From Nitrospirota bacterium (GTDB taxonomy: Bacteria; Nitrospirota; UBA9217): a stretch of 64,000 bases of DNA. The stretch is from positions 1,440,001 through 1,504,000 of the forward strand of contig CAWFSF010000006.1 in the NCBI GenBank assembly GCA_963818475.1, given 5' to 3'. Below, piece by piece: positions 40,950 to 52,397 of this stretch. Both the position numbers and the translations under genes were made by a program. Each line of letters opens with the position of its first letter. Position 1 is the first letter of the stretch. The notes beneath the pieces were generated by a model. The model did not search any database. It saw only the letters and a list, made by a program, of their open reading frames with translations, and was not told the origin of the DNA.

Positions 40950-43328
40950 TTACTCAACCATGTTTGTCACAACATCCCTCACTGCTGATCGGCCGTGGTC
41001 GTCCACAGCGCGCACCACGAACCTCCCCGGCTCCGGCTTCCAGAAGAATACCTTACCGCTCTCTGAACTGCCGAGATATTTCTCGCTCATAAACCAGTGA
41101 ATGGTCTTCGAGTCTGCATCGGTGACTGCCGTTAATGGCACGCGCTCGTCTTTGAACGACCCTGCCCTAAGACTGTATACAACTCCGTCCCGTGGAGAGG
41201 TGATCTGCGGTCCTGTTCCTCTGGATGACATCACTTCGTTGCTGCATCCCGGCTCGTAAGGAGGCGGCACGCGGCGCGGGACGCCGGCCTGCCGGAATAT
41301 CGCTATAAGATCGGACGGCCAGAACTCGTATACTTCGGATCTCGTCCTGGGGCCGCCATCAATGCAGGAGCGCAGGCCCGTCCGGCTGTTTATGGATATC
41401 CTTCGGTGAACGTCGCATTTCGCAATCGGTGACGTGCCGGGAATGAACCAGGTGGATGCCCGCTGTGTGCAATCGGGACCCGGAAGCCCGCCTGACAGGG
41501 CGCAGACCTCGACCTTGGTCAGGTTCAGTTCCGCCAGTCCCTTTCCGCTAAACTCATCGATCTCCGAATCCTCGGACTTAAGCGAGTCTATGATCTCGAA
41601 GAAAAGCGGCGCTGCCGCTTCCCGGCCAACAAAGGCGGGATTGCCTTCTCCGTCGAAGTTCCCGATCCAGACCGCCAGCACGTAAGGCCCGACAACCCCC
41701 ACCGACCATGCATCACGAAACCCGAAGGAAGTGCCGGTCTTCCAGGAAACAGGTAAATGGTCCCGGATCCATTCCGGGCGAAATCCCTGAAGCGGATTGG
41801 GATTAGCTGAAAGCATATCGAGCACCAGGTAGCTCGCCTCTTTGCTTAAAAGCCGCGCCCCCTCTTCTTCCTTTTGGGACTTAAGGAACTTGAATCCTTT
41901 CAGCTCGCCCCCGTTCGCGAGCATCGCGTAGAGCTGCGCCAGCTCTTCCATAGAAACCTCCGCACTCCCCAGGGCCAGGGACATGCCGTAAAAGGACTCA
42001 TCGCGCATGCGCGTGATCCCGGCCTTGAGCAGAAACCCGTGCAGCCCCGGTGAAGCGAGACGCGATGTAATCTCAACAGCCGGCACGTTCCTGCTCTTCA
42101 CCAGCGCGTCCTTCGCCTTGATCGGTCCAACGAAATCGTTGTCGAAATTCTCGGGATTGTAAGAGCCGAAGCTCATGGGCGCATCCTTGAGCATGGTCAT
42201 GGGATGGATAAGCCCCTGGTCGATCCCAAGGCCATAGATGAAGGGTTTCAGGGCCGATCCCGGAGAACGCTTCGCCCGTGCCCCGTTCACCTGGCCGTCG
42301 ATCTTTTGATCAAAGAAGTCAGCAGAACCTACCAGTGATTTTACTTCAAGGGTCCGATGGTCAACCAGAAGGACTACGGCGTTATTGACCCCCTTCGGCC
42401 TGTTCGCTTCGACATAGCTTTTCACATGCCGTTCGATGAGTTTTTGGAGCCTGAGATCGAGCGTGGTGTGGAGCACCGGATCAAAGGGATCAAGCTCGCG
42501 TACTTCGTTCGCAAAATGCGGAGCCAGGAACGGCAGGTCAGACGGTCGTTTGAGAACGATAGGCGCGTCCACGAAAGACTTCTGGTCCTTGTCTTTCGGA
42601 TACTTCCCGACCCATTTGGCGAAAAGTACCTTACGCGCCTGTTCGAGACTCTGGTACGCAGGCATCCCATCCTCCCCCCTATTCCCCATCCGCTTCGCCG
42701 GGCTTTGCGGTATCACGCTCAAAGTAAGCGCATCGGTGAGCGTGAGCTTGTCAGCGTTTTTATGAAAGTAGATAAGACTCGCAGCGCCGGCACCTTCGAT
42801 GTTCAGGCCATAGGGTACGAGGTTGAGATAGGCTTCGAGGATATCGTTCTTGGAATAAAGCAGTTCCAGCCAGAAAGCTGCAAGGATCTGCGTTGTTTTG
42901 CCGGAGATCGTGCGGGAGTTGATGTCGTATTTGATACGCGCAAGCTGCATGGTGATCGTGGACCCGCCGATCTTCCGGTCCTTCTTGATATAGGTGTGCC
43001 ATATCGCGCGGCCAAGTGACGCCGGGCTCACTCCCGGATGAAACCGGAACCACTTGTCCTCGTGCAGGAGCGTGGCATTGATCAGGACCGGCGAAATGGC
43101 TTTGAGCGGCAGCCAGAGGCGATATTTATCGTCCCGCGAAAGCGTTAAGCGAATGAGATTCCCGCTTCGGTCATAGATCGCCTGGGAGAAGCTGACGTCG
43201 GATCTGAGAGCGGGGGAAAAGAGGCGGAGAAGGATGAGAATGGTTAATAATGCAACTGCTATACGGGCGAAGCGCATCACTAAATGCGCCACTGCGAGCA
43301 GTTTGTATCGCGGGGCCGATCCGGTCAA
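40950..43328 (-). CDS. pbpC: Penicillin-binding protein 1C
   Basis: HEDKWFRFHPG, GGSTITMQ, SPGSALKP, SRN, KTGTS and a BiPBP C-terminal domain. Confidence 0.93.
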   Translation of the reverse strand: MTGSAPRYKLLAVAHLVMRFARIAVALLTILILLRLFSPALRSDVSFSQAIYDRSGNLIRLTLSRDDKYRLWLPLKAISPVLINATLLHEDKWFRFHPGVSPASLGRAIWHTYIKKDRKIGGSTITMQLARIKYDINSRTISGKTTQILAAFWLELLYSKNDILEAYLNLVPYGLNIEGAGAASLIYFHKNADKLTLTDALTLSVIPQSPAKRMGNRGEDGMPAYQSLEQARKVLFAKWVGKYPKDKDQKSFVDAPIVLKRPSDLPFLAPHFANEVRELDPFDPVLHTTLDLRLQKLIERHVKSYVEANRPKGVNNAVVLLVDHRTLEVKSLVGSADFFDQKIDGQVNGARAKRSPGSALKPFIYGLGIDQGLIHPMTMLKDAPMSFGSYNPENFDNDFVGPIKAKDALVKSRNVPAVEITSRLASPGLHGFLLKAGITRMRDESFYGMSLALGSAEVSMEELAQLYAMLANGGELKGFKFLKSQKEEEGARLLSKEASYLVLDMLSANPNPLQGFRPEWIRDHLPVSWKTGTSFGFRDAWSVGVVGPYVLAVWIGNFDGEGNPAFVGREAAAPLFFEIIDSLKSEDSEIDEFSGKGLAELNLTKVEVCALSGGLPGPDCTQRASTWFIPGTSPIAKCDVHRRISINSRTGLRSCIDGGPRTRSEVYEFWPSDLIAIFRQAGVPRRVPPPYEPGCSNEVMSSRGTGPQITSPRDGVVYSLRAGSFKDERVPLTAVTDADSKTIHWFMSEKYLGSSESGKVFFWKPEPGRFVVRAVDDHGRSAVRDVVTNMVE

Positions 43329-45826
43329 GAGGTTCTCTCGATCTGCCGGAGGATCGTTTCGTCCTTGATCTGGCGGTCCTGTGCAAGAAGGAATGCCTTG
43401 CTCAGAATGATCGCGAACATCTGGTCCCCTTCGAAGGGCAGGAAGACCTTTTCAGCCTTCCCCTTTCCCGTGCTCCGGTCCGGCACAATGCAGAGGTACT
43501 GGTCATTCGGCTCCATGAGGATATTGCCGCTCCCCAGGTGGATCTTGTAAGTCCGCAGATCGCCCCTCACCTTGAGGAACTTGCCGTCGATAGCGCATTG
43601 ACCGGCAATGGCAAGCCGCGGCAGGAGGCGCATCATCACGTCCTTCCTGGTCTCGGCCTGCGCCGAGAGATCGCCGAAGGAATAGCGCTGCCAGTAATCG
43701 GTTCCGCCGTCCCGGGCCGCGCCCTGGTCCTGCCACTGAGGATCGTTGCCCACGCTGCAAACGCCCACGAAGAGATCGATGTCGCGCATGATCTCGGTAA
43801 AGGCAAGGGCGGGTACATCCGACAGCGGCAGCTGCCCGCCCTGCAGGTTCGTAAAACGCACCTGGTCGGTCGACACATAGAGATAAATGCCGGATTCCGA
43901 TTGCTGATCATCGGCAGGCACGGACTCCACCCAGAATTCGGCCCGCAGTTCCCACTGGGGTAGTTCGATCACCGGCGTATTAGCGGAATCCCAGCCTCCC
44001 TGCAGCTGGTACTTCCATCCGCGCTGCTTGCAGAGGGCGCTGAACTGGTGTTGTTTCAGGATATGGGCGGCGAAGCGGTTCGAGTAGGTCCCTGTTGCGA
44101 GCTCGGCGTCCGTCAGGAGGTAGAGTTCCCGGTGAGCCTGCTTGAAGGGCTGGGAGATACCGTGCCGTTCGAGCCATAAACGCCATTCCTGCACGGTGGT
44201 AACGTCGAACCCGACCGGATGCCACAGCCGGACGACGGTGTCGCTGCCCTCCCACTCCTCGGTCCTGTCCTGCGCATCCACCAGCCGGTCTTCTCTCAGG
44301 GCCGCCAGGCCCGATCTGCCCTGTCGTTCAAAGTGCCAGATAAGTCTCCGGGAGAGCTGGGCAAGGAGTGGATGGTCCAGGTAACGCTCGCGCCAGAGGG
44401 GGTATGACAGGCTTCTCTGCGACAAAAAGAGCCGTTCGATGCGGTCGCGCTGGGCGGGCAGCATGTTCTCGATGTCCTTGACCGTGCGTTTAAGCGAGGC
44501 AAGCTCTTCGCCAAACTCCTCCCGGACCGCGGCAGGAACTGACTTCTGGGTCTTGCCGTCCTTCTTTATCCAGATGAGCTCGGCATCCGCCGTACCGGTG
44601 ACGCGGACCTCCGCCGCATGCTCGCCCAGGTCCTCGTGAAGAATGCCCTGTCCTTCCAGCCCGAAGGTCGGGACCGCGATCTCCTCCAGGTCGGCGCGTG
44701 TCATGCCTGCCCGGGCGGCTGTCTCTTCAAGCGCAGTATTGATCAGTGAATGGACCTTGGAATACTTCACCTTGAGCTGCAGGCGGGAGAGCTGGGCCAC
44801 CGGTTCCAGGCCGGGGAGCCTGCTCAGGACATAGATGCAGGCATTGCCGACCTTCACGGAACGGGGGCCGATACCGGGGATCTTCTTGAACACAGCGAGT
44901 GCAACGTCGCAAATGGCCTGGCACGATGATGCATCAGAGGTGGCCGCACAGTACCAGATCAAACCCTTGAGAAGGTCGGCCTTGGCTTCGGTCATGGGTT
45001 CGCCGGTCCCCTTCTCCGCCGTCGCGAACCATCCGGTTACCCGTTCCTTGAAAGTCTCGGCCCCCGCTGCTTCGAGTCTGCCGCGCGCTTCCTCCATCCA
45101 TTTTCCCGAAGCCTCGGAAGACCTGATGGCAAAGGCATGTTCGATGAGCCGCTGCCACGCAGCCGCGTTGGCCTCATCCATCGCTGACAGGTCCGCGAGC
45201 ATCATGTCCGTCCAGGGTTCGCCCGGCTCGATAACATTCTTGCGCACATCCCCGAGCAGCAACCCGATACGCTTGGCAAGCTTCCGCAGGTCCGCGCAAT
45301 CCGGTGTCGCAAGATGCTTTTTCTTCAGGTCATCGAGACCCCGATGCAGGTCCTCGGACAGGCCGGCGCGCGTCGCATGGCGCTCGATCTGGGTCACTAT
45401 GGGACGCAAGGTCGATTCCAGATACAGGACCTGCCGCTGCTCCTTGAGACCGTCTACGATGTATCTAAGGTCCTGTTCCGAAAAAGGAAGACGGGAATGC
45501 AACAGGGCCGAAAAAACCTGCAGATTGATATCGGTGACGTAATAAGGGTTGTCCTGGGTGGACTGAAAGGCCATGCGGTCGAGCAAAGCCAGCACGATCC
45601 GGACCTTGACCTCCGGGGACGCAGACAGCAGTAGACGGCCGGTTTCGTGCGCCTTGGGGTCCCTGTTCCAGTGGTACGGCTCTTCCTGCGTGATCACCTG
45701 GCCGAGGTAAGCGTTGATGGCGAGATGCTCCTCCCGGCGGGGATCGTCCGGCATGAGCGGATACCCGTCAGGACCCACGGCTTCCGGCTTGTCCTGCTGC
45801 TTGAAGATATCGAAGAACCCTTTCAT
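43325..45826 (-). CDS. DUF4132-type large protein
   Basis: 833 aa with an alpha-helical N-half. C-half motifs HPLL..L.RRLIW, LWHP, QPFKQAHRE, SNRFAAH and EIMRDIDLFV recalled as DUF4132 (needs HMM confirmation). Confidence 0.8.
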   Translation of the reverse strand: MKGFFDIFKQQDKPEAVGPDGYPLMPDDPRREEHLAINAYLGQVITQEEPYHWNRDPKAHETGRLLLSASPEVKVRIVLALLDRMAFQSTQDNPYYVTDINLQVFSALLHSRLPFSEQDLRYIVDGLKEQRQVLYLESTLRPIVTQIERHATRAGLSEDLHRGLDDLKKKHLATPDCADLRKLAKRIGLLLGDVRKNVIEPGEPWTDMMLADLSAMDEANAAAWQRLIEHAFAIRSSEASGKWMEEARGRLEAAGAETFKERVTGWFATAEKGTGEPMTEAKADLLKGLIWYCAATSDASSCQAICDVALAVFKKIPGIGPRSVKVGNACIYVLSRLPGLEPVAQLSRLQLKVKYSKVHSLINTALEETAARAGMTRADLEEIAVPTFGLEGQGILHEDLGEHAAEVRVTGTADAELIWIKKDGKTQKSVPAAVREEFGEELASLKRTVKDIENMLPAQRDRIERLFLSQRSLSYPLWRERYLDHPLLAQLSRRLIWHFERQGRSGLAALREDRLVDAQDRTEEWEGSDTVVRLWHPVGFDVTTVQEWRLWLERHGISQPFKQAHRELYLLTDAELATGTYSNRFAAHILKQHQFSALCKQRGWKYQLQGGWDSANTPVIELPQWELRAEFWVESVPADDQQSESGIYLYVSTDQVRFTNLQGGQLPLSDVPALAFTEIMRDIDLFVGVCSVGNDPQWQDQGAARDGGTDYWQRYSFGDLSAQAETRKDVMMRLLPRLAIAGQCAIDGKFLKVRGDLRTYKIHLGSGNILMEPNDQYLCIVPDRSTGKGKAEKVFLPFEGDQMFAIILSKAFLLAQDRQIKDETILRQIERTS

Positions 45827-45836
45827 GTGCGCCCCC

Positions 45837-46229
45837 TCATCCTCCCACCAGTGGGACGAGCTTCAGAAAGCTCACCTGCGTTCCCGGCTTCAGCTCCACA
45901 ACGTGCTCGAGGTCTTCGACCTGGCGGTCATCCACGAGGACGAGAAAACTGTTCTTCTGGAATGCCTCAAGAGCGACCTCGTACTGCTGCTGCCAGTCTA
46001 TGGCGCGTTTCTCGCGAAGTTTGTACCCGTTCAGGACGGCTTCTGCATCGGAAGGTTGGATGAGCCCTTTGAAGCAGCCCGGCTTGCTGAAGTTGAACAG
46101 GCGCACTTCTTCGTACACCCTGCTCCGTATCAGCTCACGGACAGATACGGTCTCCTCCAGGAAGTCGAGTGAAATCTCGTTCACCACCTGCCCGTTCGAA
46201 AGTTCGTCACGTATCAAGAGAGTTGTCAT
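45837..46229 (-). CDS. Ubiquitin-like / MoaD-ThiS-fold protein ending in Gly-Gly
   Basis: 130 aa. LVLVDDRQV.DL..V.L..GTQVSFLKLVPLVGG-stop. AGGAG RBS. Confidence 0.75.
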   Translation of the reverse strand: MTTLLIRDELSNGQVVNEISLDFLEETVSVRELIRSRVYEEVRLFNFSKPGCFKGLIQPSDAEAVLNGYKLREKRAIDWQQQYEVALEAFQKNSFLVLVDDRQVEDLEHVVELKPGTQVSFLKLVPLVGG

Positions 46230-46354
46230 CGTATCGCTCCTTCCCATGATGATTCTGATTTCATACGAAGCACGGAAAGAACTCCTTTATCGTTTCCGCG
46301 AACAACGAGGTCGTCAGTATGGGACTGTATGGGGTATCAGCTATCAGAAATCTA

Positions 46355-47074
46355 CTACCGGTCAACCTTCTTCACCGTCAGTGTCTTCTGTAAGAACCCG
46401 TCGGTCGTGATCTTTTTGATCTTGTATATATAAAGCTCCGAACCTACAAAGGCGAGTAAATAGTTCCCTGACCCGTCATCCTTCGCCGCCACTTGCAGTA
46501 CATCCACAGTCGAGAACTCGAAGGTCTCGCACGTGGCATCCTTGGGTGCTTTAAGGTGGCTCATGTCGATATAAATGGGGGCCTTTCCCGTGCGGCCATC
46601 GGAGTGGATGAAGTTCGAGTACTCGACCACGCCGCCCATTTCCTTCAGCGCGATGGCCACGACTTGCTTTCGCTTCTTTGGATCATTCTCGGCTCCCTGG
46701 GCGGTGAGGTCTGCGGCCATGCCCAGTGTATGGCTGTCCAGGTAGTCTCCACTGACCGGGACGAGCGGTCCCGGAGCGAGTCCCTCGACAACGCGTTTCA
46801 CCTTCAAGTCCTTCGAGACCTTGAAGAGGACGATGGTGGGCGATTGGCGGTAATGCGGTTTTACGAGCAATACCACCTCGCTGATTCCGTCATCATCAAC
46901 ATCGGCGACAATGGCATCCTCGACCTTTATCCGATAGTGCTTATCGCCGAACACCTCCGGGTACTCCTGCTCAAGAAGATACTTCTGGACCGCCGCTACC
47001 TTGGGCGGCGAATCTGCGGCCGCAGCGGTCGCAGCCAGCAAGCCCAGGACCAATGCGAAGAGTCTAGCGTGCAT
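46355..47074 (-). CDS. Secreted hypothetical protein
   Basis: Signal peptide ending AAA-D. DVDDDG..E possible Ca-binding loop. Confidence 0.7.
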   Translation of the reverse strand: MHARLFALVLGLLAATAAAADSPPKVAAVQKYLLEQEYPEVFGDKHYRIKVEDAIVADVDDDGISEVVLLVKPHYRQSPTIVLFKVSKDLKVKRVVEGLAPGPLVPVSGDYLDSHTLGMAADLTAQGAENDPKKRKQVVAIALKEMGGVVEYSNFIHSDGRTGKAPIYIDMSHLKAPKDATCETFEFSTVDVLQVAAKDDGSGNYLLAFVGSELYIYKIKKITTDGFLQKTLTVKKVDR

Positions 47075-47170
47075 GATCACCTCCAGCGTGTTTCCTCAGC
47101 TCTCAAACATAACGGGGTTTGCGGGCCGAAACTCAGCGCCATGGACATACTTTCAACGGAACGCGCCTCT

Positions 47171-47872
47171 CTATTCCAGTTCGAACTCGACCATCACTCT
47201 GGCGGTGATCTTTATGGTCCCGTAGCTCGACTGGCCGCCGCTCGATTCGCGTTTTTCCAGGACATTCGCCGACACTTTGGTTTCAAACCAGTTATCCCCG
47301 GCCACTTCCTGGATCGAGTGGACCTTCCCGATCTTGGCGGCGAGCGCCTGGGCCATGAATTCGGCCTTTTTCTTCGCTGCTAGGAGCGCCTTCTCGTACT
47401 CGGCTTTTCTAAGATCGAACTCATCGTTACGCTTGAAATCCGTGCTTCCAATGGTAATATTCTTATGCCCCGCCAGTGTCCGGTATACATCGGCCATTTT
47501 CGTGATATCGTTCACGGTCACGTCCACGTAGCATTCGGCATAGTATCCCTTCAGGACGTTCGACTCCTTTTCCCAGTTGTATTCCGCGCCCTGCAGGACC
47601 AGGGACCTTTTGATGTCCTTGTCCGGGATGCCGATGACATTCAGCTCCTTGGACAATTTGGAGAGCTCGCCCGTAAGCGCCGCATGGCTCTGGCTCATTT
47701 CCTTCTTCACGAGCTTTACCGACAGGCTGATCTCCGCCCGCTGTGCCTCGACCGTGTTCTCGGCCTTTCCTGAGACCGTTATCTTCCTGATGTCTTTTGA
47801 TTCTTCGGCAAAAGAAGTGGAGACCGGAAGCATGAGCATGAATACAGCAAACGCCAAGCCAAAAATTCGCAT
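47171..47872 (-). CDS. SIMPL (DUF541) domain protein
   Basis: Signal peptide, ITVSGKAE..V, AL.AAKKKAE.MA.AL..KIG, ITARV.VEF. Confidence 0.85.
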   Translation of the reverse strand: MRIFGLAFAVFMLMLPVSTSFAEESKDIRKITVSGKAENTVEAQRAEISLSVKLVKKEMSQSHAALTGELSKLSKELNVIGIPDKDIKRSLVLQGAEYNWEKESNVLKGYYAECYVDVTVNDITKMADVYRTLAGHKNITIGSTDFKRNDEFDLRKAEYEKALLAAKKKAEFMAQALAAKIGKVHSIQEVAGDNWFETKVSANVLEKRESSGGQSSYGTIKITARVMVEFELE

Positions 47873-47906
47873 ATTTCCTCCAAACTGCTTGGATTCTATT
47901 TTGGTT

Positions 47907-48794
47907 CTACCCCGCCTTCAGCGGACGGACTTCCTTTTCCACGGGGATGAATTCCTTCACGTAGTGCTTTGCGTGGTACATGGAATAGAGTTTCTCCAGC
48001 CCCAGGATGATCCCGAAGAAAATGAACTGGAACAGGCCAACGGCTTTTTCAGGAACGCCGGTCAGCATGTTCACGAGCCCCGTGAGCACCATGAAGATCA
48101 GGAACGTTTCTACCACGGCGTCGCCGGCACCCAGAAATGGATGGTCGGTGTAGAAGTAGCCTCCCCCGGGATAGATGATCGAGAGCTTCCTCGCCCGCTC
48201 TTCGTTCTTGAATTCCAGCCTGCAGGAGGAGCAGACGTAGACGCCCGCGGCCAGTACCGCGTTGCACTTGGGACAGAGGTGGTGGCGTTTACCGATAGTC
48301 GTGGGCTGCTGGCTTGCCAGCCGGAGGTCAGGAAGGAGAGATTTGAGCTTGCCACTCTCCTTCACATACAAGAATGTCTCCTTAGATCCATTTTTGTATT
48401 TTACGGTAAACCTGCTCAGAAACCCGGAGGGCTTGATCTCTTCCACGTCTCCGTAGCGGACCTGGGCGATGGAGTGCCGGGGCGAAAAGTCCTTCTTCGC
48501 GGGGAAGTGCAGTATCCGCCGGTTCGTCACCACCAGGGTGCAGCGCTTGATGTAGTAGATCAACGAACCAGTGGTGAACTGCTCCATGAACGACATGGGC
48601 GAGCACCCGCGCATGAGAAGCAGGACCTCCTCGTCCGGCTCGAGGAACTGCTTCAGGAGCGGGACATAATCCTTCAGCATCTTGAGCTGCTGCTTCTTGA
48701 TTTTCTCCTTGAAGTTCCCCTTCTTGTCGGAAAAAGCCGTTGTCTGGTTGATCGGTAGACCAAAGGTTTCTGCTGCTGATGCCGTGGTGATCAT
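47907..48794 (-). CDS. Membrane protein with PH-like domain, Zn ribbon and TM2-like segment
   Basis: LVVTNRRI (bacterial PH-like), CPKC..CSSC, SIIYPGGGYFY and two TM helices. Confidence 0.65.
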   Translation of the reverse strand: MITTASAAETFGLPINQTTAFSDKKGNFKEKIKKQQLKMLKDYVPLLKQFLEPDEEVLLLMRGCSPMSFMEQFTTGSLIYYIKRCTLVVTNRRILHFPAKKDFSPRHSIAQVRYGDVEEIKPSGFLSRFTVKYKNGSKETFLYVKESGKLKSLLPDLRLASQQPTTIGKRHHLCPKCNAVLAAGVYVCSSCRLEFKNEERARKLSIIYPGGGYFYTDHPFLGAGDAVVETFLIFMVLTGLVNMLTGVPEKAVGLFQFIFFGIILGLEKLYSMYHAKHYVKEFIPVEKEVRPLKAG

Positions 48795-48933
48795 AGATGC
48801 CTCCTGGATAGGTGAGATGTTTCTGATCTTATAATATTTTACGGGCTGATAACTCTAGATTCATGTCTGTCCCGCACCTGAAATTGTCAATCATACTAAG
48901 GGGTAAGACGCAGTACTATTATCCCTTCGTCAA

Positions 48934-49981
48934 TTACTTCTTAAGAGAGTGAACAATCCACTGCTCAATTTCAGGCAAGTACTTCGGACTCACTAACATG
49001 ATCTCCAAAATGGCCATATATTGGTCGGGTCCATATAAGTGTATCCTCATCTGGGATAGTCTTTAAAACATCATAGGCTTGCGGAGATAGAAGTAAAAGC
49101 GTCAAGTTATCATTCACTTGCCTCCCTTTAAGAAGACTGGTTAGCGCGTCATAGTCGTGGAAGGAGTATCCGACAGCAAGCACGATTTTGGCATGCTCGC
49201 AACATCTGGAGAAATAGTGATAGGCGGTCAAATAAGGTTCCGCTGTGGTCACTTTGTTACCAGCTGGATAAATAACTGTATTCTGGTACGCATCTGAGTC
49301 AACAACATCATACATTGGCAGAGATTGGACAATCCTCCCACTAGATGTTATTTTCAACCAATTCACCGATCCGTGAAGCTTGTGAAGGACAATGTGACGA
49401 ACCGGACGGGTGATATTAAACAACTCAAAGTTTCTTGGATTCCAGAAATGTTCTCGCAGAAAGGGGTCATCTTCCATACCATCAACAAAGTCATATTTGG
49501 AGTATTGTTCATTGCAAAAATTTTCAATTGCCAGATCATAGTTCGTAGTGAAGATAGGTAAGCACTGAGTAGCCGAATCGATATGGGAGAAGATGACATC
49601 AAGCAAAGGCTGATAAACCTCAATAGCCCTTTTAATATCAACAGCTCGGTACTCTCGAATAATTGAATGACGAATAAGAGAGCGTAAGCTTGCTGCGTCA
49701 CTTCTTTTGACTTCGTACGCAGGCTGATTTTCGACATCTAAAACGAAAGACGACACATACTGTAAATTTAAGAAAGTCTCGAGGTCTCCCATAATAGACT
49801 CCAAGTCATACCCCCTGGCTAATATGAGTGCTGAAAGAAGAGATGCCTCGTTGTCAGACGTAATCTCAGTGGCGAGCTTCTTTACAAATTGTTCCATTGT
49901 AGGCTTGCCGAGAGGTACGGAAGCCCCGGCACCGAGAAATAGAATGATAGGTGATTGAGTAATGGTTGGGTTTAATGGCAT
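48934..49981 (-). CDS. SIR2-family (SIR2_2) putative NADase
   Basis: LFLGAGAS, FTTNYD, KLHGSVNW, VGYSFHD. The ORF as read stops at 48971; a 1-nt correction extends it to 48934. Confidence 0.88.
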
Positions 49982-50031
49982 AATTATTGTGCGTGAACTT
50001 CCATATCTCGATTATTTTTCTATATTGTTTT

Positions 50032-52397
50032 TTAGGAAGGGATTTTATGCCTTCCCGTATCTCCAACGCAATGACCGCATTGGCACTGGACGAGTTCTGC
50101 GCCTGTGTCATCAAGCTTATAAACGGGTTTTTTGCAGTTCGGGCAGCTAAAAAACTCCAATGCCCTCTCACACACTTCAATGAGCTTGGCCTCCTTCTTC
50201 ACTACGTCAAAAGAATGAGTGGCCTTGTTTCCCCACGAGAGCAATAGCTTATCTGCATCGCGTAATGCATCAATCGCCTCGGCGTAAGGTTCATGCTCTT
50301 TCGTGCCTAACTTCATGAAGCACTTTTTACTATCTGAAATGAACTGGAGGAGGAAGTCGTGTGCTGTTCGACGATCGTTCTTCTCGCGGTAAAGGTAGGG
50401 CAGCCTGACCTTGACTCGCTCGGCCACTATGGCGAGTTCTATGTCCATGATCTTGCGCGCTGTGTTTCCAGCGGAGTCTGGTGAAACCTTTAATTGCGCT
50501 CGTGCATCGTCGAACGTTGATGTCTTAGCGGACAAACGGATACCGACTTCAGGCTTCTCGTAGGGCATGAGAGCGTTAAAAATCCAGTTTCCACCGTCGA
50601 GCTGCTGTCTGAGTTCCGTGTACCACTCTCGGTCGTGAGTTAATATGACCACCTGCCGACCGTTGAACTCTTTTTCCAAGAGATCAACGATCATTCCACG
50701 ATGGTTCCGGTCAAGACTGATGACCACATCATCCAGAAACAGCGGCCGGTCCGTGTCCGCTTCGCGCTTCGCCATTGCAAGGAAAATACAGAGACCAAGG
50801 CTATTTCTATAGCCCTCCGAAAGCGTGAGTCTTGGTGAGTCCTGTTCAATTCCATAGAATTTAAGTCCGATGTCGATGGCCTTGTCGGCGTCACTGGGGA
50901 GATAAAGGCGCACATGCGCAATTGCCTCGCCCGGGTGCAGGATTGCCCACATTTTCTGAATGTCGGAGGAAATTTCACCGATCACATTCTTAGACTGCTG
51001 TCTGATTTCCTCTCGGACGCCTTGCTCAAGTAAATTTAGGAATGAAATCAGGGCTCGAGCGCGTGTCGCGTCGTCGGCCAGCATCTTCGACTCAATTACG
51101 GCTTTGGCAGCCTCAACAATCTGTTTATCGGTTGAAAACTGCTGGACGTCAGGCGGGGCGATACCTGCGGATGAAGACGCTGCGGCTATCAGAGTCAACA
51201 GATTATTCTCAATGCCCACCAGATCGTTTTCGCCGCAAGAGGCACGGAGCGACTCAACATGAGCCCATCAATGTACGCGAAGTTATCGGAGAAGGCCTTC
51301 TTGTTGAGTCCGTCTCGCCATGACTTCACATCAGATTTGCTCAGATTAGACCTTAGAGACGTGAGGATGTCGCAAAGAGATCCGATAGCGGCCTTGCGAT
51401 TGTTGAAGATGTTAATGATCTCTTGAAGGCGCTCTTTCTCAGACTTGACGTGTGTCTTAAAATCATCGACTGAGATTGCTCGTCCACAGGCTGGACATTT
51501 TACAGCTTTTTCTTCTTTTAGTTTGTCCACAAAGATGCCTGCGGATTGGAGCACCTCCAGCTTTTCAGCGATCAGCGGCTCCATTGTACTGGATAACTTG
51601 TGACTTTCGGAGCGCACTTCATCGACGTGACTCTTGAGGTTTAGACCAGAGATAGCCTGCAAAGTAAGGTGTCTCCTCTGCTCAGCGGAAGAATGAATGA
51701 TCCGTTCTTTGAGTGCGGCTTCAAACTCTTTGCAGTGAGAAAGTGGGTCCGTCGTGGTCCCTTTGCCCTCGCAGTACTTTGCATGAAGGTCTGCGATCAT
51801 CTTATAAATTTGTTCGTCGGTGGCCGCACCAAAGGTAGTACTCCTTTTTGACGCGACCTCCCTAAGAGCAGCCGTTGCCTGCCAGAGCTTTGATTCTTGC
51901 TCTACGGACTTTGAGAGCTGCCGTAAATTCTCAGCTGCCACTTCCATGTGGTGAAGACCGAGAAGTGGCAGAAGTGTCGAGTATTTTTCTCCCTTGGTAT
52001 CTTGGATGAAAGACGCGACCTCATCTTGCCTCAAGATTGTGCGCTGATAGTCCCACGTGGCCATCGAGGCAGTTTCTGATCCGGACCTCGTGAAGGATCC
52101 ATCTCGCTTGATCTCCCAAAGGAGTTCTGACGCATCTTTGAACTTAATACGCAGTCTTGTTTTCCTGCCCGCGGGTGTGTGCGTGTTGATGAGCGCCTTC
52201 TCTTGATGCTTCCCACTATACTCGTGTGATAGATGCCGAATCTTGCCGTTTTTGAGTACGAATTCAAGCGCGTCTACAAAAGAGGATTTACCAGACCCAT
52301 TCTCCCCGTAGAGAACCATCGACTTGGATTCGGGGACAAGAGAAACCGCTTCGGCTGCTCCACGGAACCATTCGATCTCAATGGCCTTAATCCTCAT
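50032..52397 (-). CDS. Rad50/RloC-like ABC ATPase with zinc hook and C-terminal HEPN-like and Zn-ribbon region (frameshifted)
   Basis: FRG, YGENGSGKSS, coiled coil with CPACG, LSEG, LDDVVISLD..HR, THD. C-terminal GNTARKIMD..GNKATH and CPNC..CQCG. Confidence 0.82.
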
